This document shows, piece after piece, positions 60,780 to 64,000 of a stretch of DNA of 64,000 nucleotides (position 1 is its first letter; every line of letters starts with the position of its first letter). Below the pieces are notes generated by a model. That model saw only the letters and a list, made by a program, of their open reading frames with translations. It did not search any database and was not told the DNA's origin. The stretch comes from an uncultured delta proteobacterium (GTDB lineage: Bacteria > Desulfobacterota > RBG-13-43-22). The DNA is taken from contig CAWBOS010000012.1 in the NCBI GenBank assembly GCA_963790475.1, forward strand, positions 96,001 through 160,000. The letters are read 5' to 3'. The position numbers and the translations under genes were made by a program.

Positions 60780-61637
60780 TTAGATCACTCCGCGATAAAA
60801 GGCCAGCCGTTGGGCATAGGGGGAATAAAGGTCGAGGATCCGTTGTTGTTCTTCAGGGGATAACGGTTCAAAATGGCGGCCGATCCGGGCCAGAGTTTTT
60901 ACTTCTTCCGGCGAGGAGCAGCCGACGATGGCCAGGGTAATGGGCTGCGAAAGGGCGAATCGAATAAGCAACTCGGCTGTTATCCCGGTCTCGGGGATTA
61001 GATAATTCGAACCCCCAAGGACCTTCATCCCGATGATTGCCACCCCTTTGGCCCGGGCAGCCGCAAGGGTGGAGGTCAGAAACCCTCCCAGGATTCCCTC
61101 TACCGGATTGACGGGTATGAGGACCGAATCTATCGGCCAGGCCTTAACGGCCCTGGTCAAAATTTCCGGATCATGATGACCGGTCAGGCCGATAAAGCGG
61201 ATTTTTCCGCTGGCCTTGGCCTCGATAAAAGCCTCTAAGGCCCCGCCCGGCCCGGCTATGGTTTGAAGATCTTCTTCCGTCCTTAAATCATGGATCTGCC
61301 AGAGGTCCAGGTAATCGGTTCCCATGTTGCGCAGGGTGCGGTCTAATTCCCCGAGGGCCTCCTTTTTGGTCCTCAGGCCCGATTTGCTGGTCTGAAAGAT
61401 TCGGGCCCGGTCCTGGGGACGACGAGTCCAGACTAAACCGTAATAGGCTTCACTTCCGGAATAGGCCCGGGCGGAATCGAAATAGCCGATCCCCTGGTCA
61501 AGGGCGGTTTCGATCACCTCCTGGGCCGCCTTTTCCTTTCCGAAGCTCCTGAGGACGCCCTCGCCTCCAAGACCTACGATGGTGACTTTCCGGCCGCTGT
61601 TACCAAAAGATCTTTTTGAAAGATGGGTATTGGGCAT
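60780..61637 (-). CDS. Aldo/keto reductase
   Basis: YFDSARAY, TK, DYLDLWQIH, GKIRFIGLTGH. Confidence 0.9.
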   Translation of the reverse strand: MPNTHLSKRSFGNSGRKVTIVGLGGEGVLRSFGKEKAAQEVIETALDQGIGYFDSARAYSGSEAYYGLVWTRRPQDRARIFQTSKSGLRTKKEALGELDRTLRNMGTDYLDLWQIHDLRTEEDLQTIAGPGGALEAFIEAKASGKIRFIGLTGHHDPEILTRAVKAWPIDSVLIPVNPVEGILGGFLTSTLAAARAKGVAIIGMKVLGGSNYLIPETGITAELLIRFALSQPITLAIVGCSSPEEVKTLARIGRHFEPLSPEEQQRILDLYSPYAQRLAFYRGVI

Positions 61638-61962
61638 TGGTCTTCCTATTTGAAGACGTTCGTCGTTTTTCGTTCTTTGTTCGGCGATAGGAAAGGAAAC
61701 TTTCCTTTCAAAGCTCAATGCTGAAAGCTCATAGGGTGAATTCTCAGCGTTCAGTCCCGCAAGGCGGGATTCGGCGACTAAAAAAGATACCTATTAATCC
61801 GTTTTGTCTATCTGGTCTATTTAGTTGATTGGGTTTAAAAGAAGCTCTAAACAAATAGACCAAAGATAATAATATGTAAATAAGAAGGAAAAGAGGGGAA
61901 GTCAAGAGGGAAAGGAGAAAAAGTACAGAGGAGTTCGGGCCGAAGAATCAAGAAAAGATTAC

Positions 61963-62385
61963 TTATTTGTTCTTCAAAAACGTAGTCCCCTCGATAACCT
62001 TGAGGCCTTTAATCTTTCTAAAATGTAAAATATTTCTGGTTATCAGGGGAATAACCCGTGTAAAACATGAGCCCGCAACCAGAATATCTTTTATATTCAG
62101 AGTACTTCCTGCCTTGGAAAGGGCTGCATGGATTTGGGCCGACTTTTTTGAATCTTCCGGAGTCCAATCGAATGGGATCAGCATGGCCAGAACATCCTCA
62201 ACCGGTTTCAGTTTTCCGGAGTAGTATCCCCCATAATAAAGCTCGTAAATTGAGACCGGGGAGATATGGACCTCATACTTTCCGATTAAAGCAGGCAGGA
62301 TTTCCTGGTTTTCATTTCTGCCGCGAAGATAATCAATGATAATATCGGTATCTACGCAAACACGGGAGGTTTCCAATTTTTCCAT
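61963..62385 (-). CDS. VapC-like PIN toxin
   Basis: VDTDIIIDYLR, SIYEL, DILVA, ITRNILHF. Confidence 0.88.
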   Translation of the reverse strand: MEKLETSRVCVDTDIIIDYLRGRNENQEILPALIGKYEVHISPVSIYELYYGGYYSGKLKPVEDVLAMLIPFDWTPEDSKKSAQIHAALSKAGSTLNIKDILVAGSCFTRVIPLITRNILHFRKIKGLKVIEGTTFLKNK

Positions 62386-62873
62386 TCCTTATTAAGTTTC
62401 TTATAGATGTCATCTACATCAACGTCCCTCCAAGCCCCCTTGGCTTTCTTAAAACCTTCCTCCCGGGTCTTATTCTTTTCAACGAAAAATTCATTTTTTA
62501 CTAAATGGATCATTTTTATAATTTTTTCCATCTCAGCCTCGGAAAGACCTTGAATTTCTGCCGATATTTTTTCTTTAAAGACTTCCCTTACTTGCCGTAC
62601 GGGCATCCTCATTCCCCCCTCACCAAGGGTGCCTGCCCTGATGTGATATTCTCTATGGGCCTCCCTAGGATTGGGAATCCCGCTTGATACTGAGCCGATC
62701 AGACCTTTTACCTGGTCATATGGCTTTGATTCATTCAGTCCCTCGATTTCAGAAATAAACTTTTCAAGAGCCATCCTGACGATATCGGAACGCTTACGCC
62801 GGAGTTTTCTGGCGACGTTAGCGATCTGTTCATGAAATTCTTCGTCCAGCCTGACCGTTATTTGTGATTGCAT
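62352..62873 (-). CDS. In-frame fusion of a CopG/RHH antitoxin and a second antitoxin (internal start ~62612/62606)
   Basis: ITVRLD…RSDIVRMAL…LIGSVSSG, then RBS GAGGGGG plus MRMPVR…GAWRDVD. Confidence 0.7.
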   Translation of the reverse strand: MQSQITVRLDEEFHEQIANVARKLRRKRSDIVRMALEKFISEIEGLNESKPYDQVKGLIGSVSSGIPNPREAHREYHIRAGTLGEGGMRMPVRQVREVFKEKISAEIQGLSEAEMEKIIKMIHLVKNEFFVEKNKTREEGFKKAKGAWRDVDVDDIYKKLNKEWKNWKPPVFA

Positions 62874-62900
62874 GATTTTTCTCCCAAAATCTTATTAGGG

Positions 62901-62933
62901 TTGCATTATAATGCATTGCATTGCAATTTTCAA
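62901..62933 (-). promoter_or_regulatory. Sigma70 promoter with TGCA repeats as likely operator
   Basis: TTGAAA-17-TATAAT, overlapped by repeated and palindromic TGCA units. Confidence 0.65.
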
Positions 62934-63164
62934 CAATAAATGGGAAAAAATATCGGACATGGGTATGGGGTATAGACGGAGGCGAGGGGCATGAGGTGCG
63001 AGGAACGAGGCTTGAGGCATGAGGCAGAATAAAACTCAAGGCAAAACCAAGCTGAAGGCCGAAAGATAAAGCTTAAAGGAAGGAATAGGCGCGAGGCGTG
63101 AGGCGGGAGGGGCGAGGGATCAAAAAGATCATGGCCGACAGCCTAAAGCAGGGAGGGAACCGCT

Positions 63165-63650
63165 CTAGATATAGTTCTTCGGCTTTTGTTTTTGGATTTC
63201 CTTCAAATGTCTTACGGTGATCCTGTCGTGTTCGCGGTTCATGGCTTCCTTGGCGCGGATCAACGAGTCAATGTCCAGGATGCGGCATATTCCCGAGGGA
63301 AGTTCGACATTGATAGTCTGTCGGAAGACTTCATCATAATCACCAAGGCCTAGAATTTCGCTCAGACAATCCACATTACCGAGGTCTGTCCTTAGATAAA
63401 GATTCTTTAGGACTGCGCACTGCTCAGGTGTGAGATTCAGCGGTAAATCAGTCCTGGGGCGATGAACGGGATGCAGATCCGTGAAGGCTTTCTGAATCCG
63501 CATCAAATTGGTTTCCGAGAACCGACAACAAATGTCCAGGTCGCGAGTGACCAGGGTGGCCCCGTGAGCCACGGCCGCAAATCCGCCCACGAGTACGAAT
63601 TCGACGTCCGAAACAATCAATCGTCGCACCAGTTCGCTAAGATTCTGCAT
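63165..63650 (-). CDS. Nucleotidyltransferase-fold protein
   Basis: FVLVGGFAAVAHG…TRDLDI, LIRAKEAMNREHD. Confidence 0.85.
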   Translation of the reverse strand: MQNLSELVRRLIVSDVEFVLVGGFAAVAHGATLVTRDLDICCRFSETNLMRIQKAFTDLHPVHRPRTDLPLNLTPEQCAVLKNLYLRTDLGNVDCLSEILGLGDYDEVFRQTINVELPSGICRILDIDSLIRAKEAMNREHDRITVRHLKEIQKQKPKNYI

Positions 63651-63855
63651 GTCGTCTTTTCATGGCGGCGCGCAGTGACTCGGCAAAATTCAAGGCGTCG
63701 TCGTTGGCGAGCATTCTTTCCCAGGGGGTCAAGCGAAGACTTTCCTGCAGCAGCGACAAATCAATGTCTCGATCATCGACTCCTTTACCGTCAGGGGCGT
63801 AACCCGGAGACGCTTCTTTCAAAATAGGCTCATTCTTTTTGACCTGATCCGGCAT
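63637..63855 (-). CDS. Small partner protein of the nucleotidyltransferase
   Basis: IDLSLLQESLRLTPWER; overlaps the NTase start. Confidence 0.7.
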   Translation of the reverse strand: MPDQVKKNEPILKEASPGYAPDGKGVDDRDIDLSLLQESLRLTPWERMLANDDALNFAESLRAAMKRRHAES

Positions 63856-64000
63856 AAAATTGTATAGCTTTTTGAAATAATTGTTTTCACCGAGAGGGGT
63901 AACAAGGGCTTCCGGGTAGTCAGTATTGGGCTTTATAATTCTGCCAACAAACCAAAATACTCATCCCGAGTTAATCCTGCAGTTCGTAAATTGTTCTTAA

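Overview
This window looks like a sulfate/sulfite-reducing Desulfobacterota (deltaproteobacterial) chromosome. 1-7.5 kb is a compact reductive dsr cluster on the minus strand (dsrA-B-D-N-C-T-M-K'), with dsrT split by a one-base frameshift. Directly upstream and co-oriented (7.8-12.6 kb) is a five-gene block that resembles a protein-modification system: YcaO-TPR fusion, YkgJ cysteine-cluster protein, small conserved protein, TPR protein and a kinase-fold protein. 12.8-23.3 kb holds envelope and housekeeping genes. At 18.1-18.4 kb a full sigma54 promoter layout (-24/-12, IHF site, two enhancer palindromes) appears to drive only a ~70-nt non-coding transcript. From 23.4 kb the region is accessory: an HsdR remnant, a deleted IS1182 inserted in a REP-like repeat, acyl-CoA and redox enzymes, korDABC-gdh, a ZenA-like lactonase and a divergent B12 acyl-CoA mutase with a sirtuin and a MaoC pair. 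From 50 kb there is a dense toxin-antitoxin array separated by 7-/9-mer mosaic repeats. The intergenic DNA at 28-53 kb contains duplicated gene-end fragments. I saw no rRNA, intact tRNA, CRISPR array or integrase. All calls come from motifs read by eye; no searches were run.
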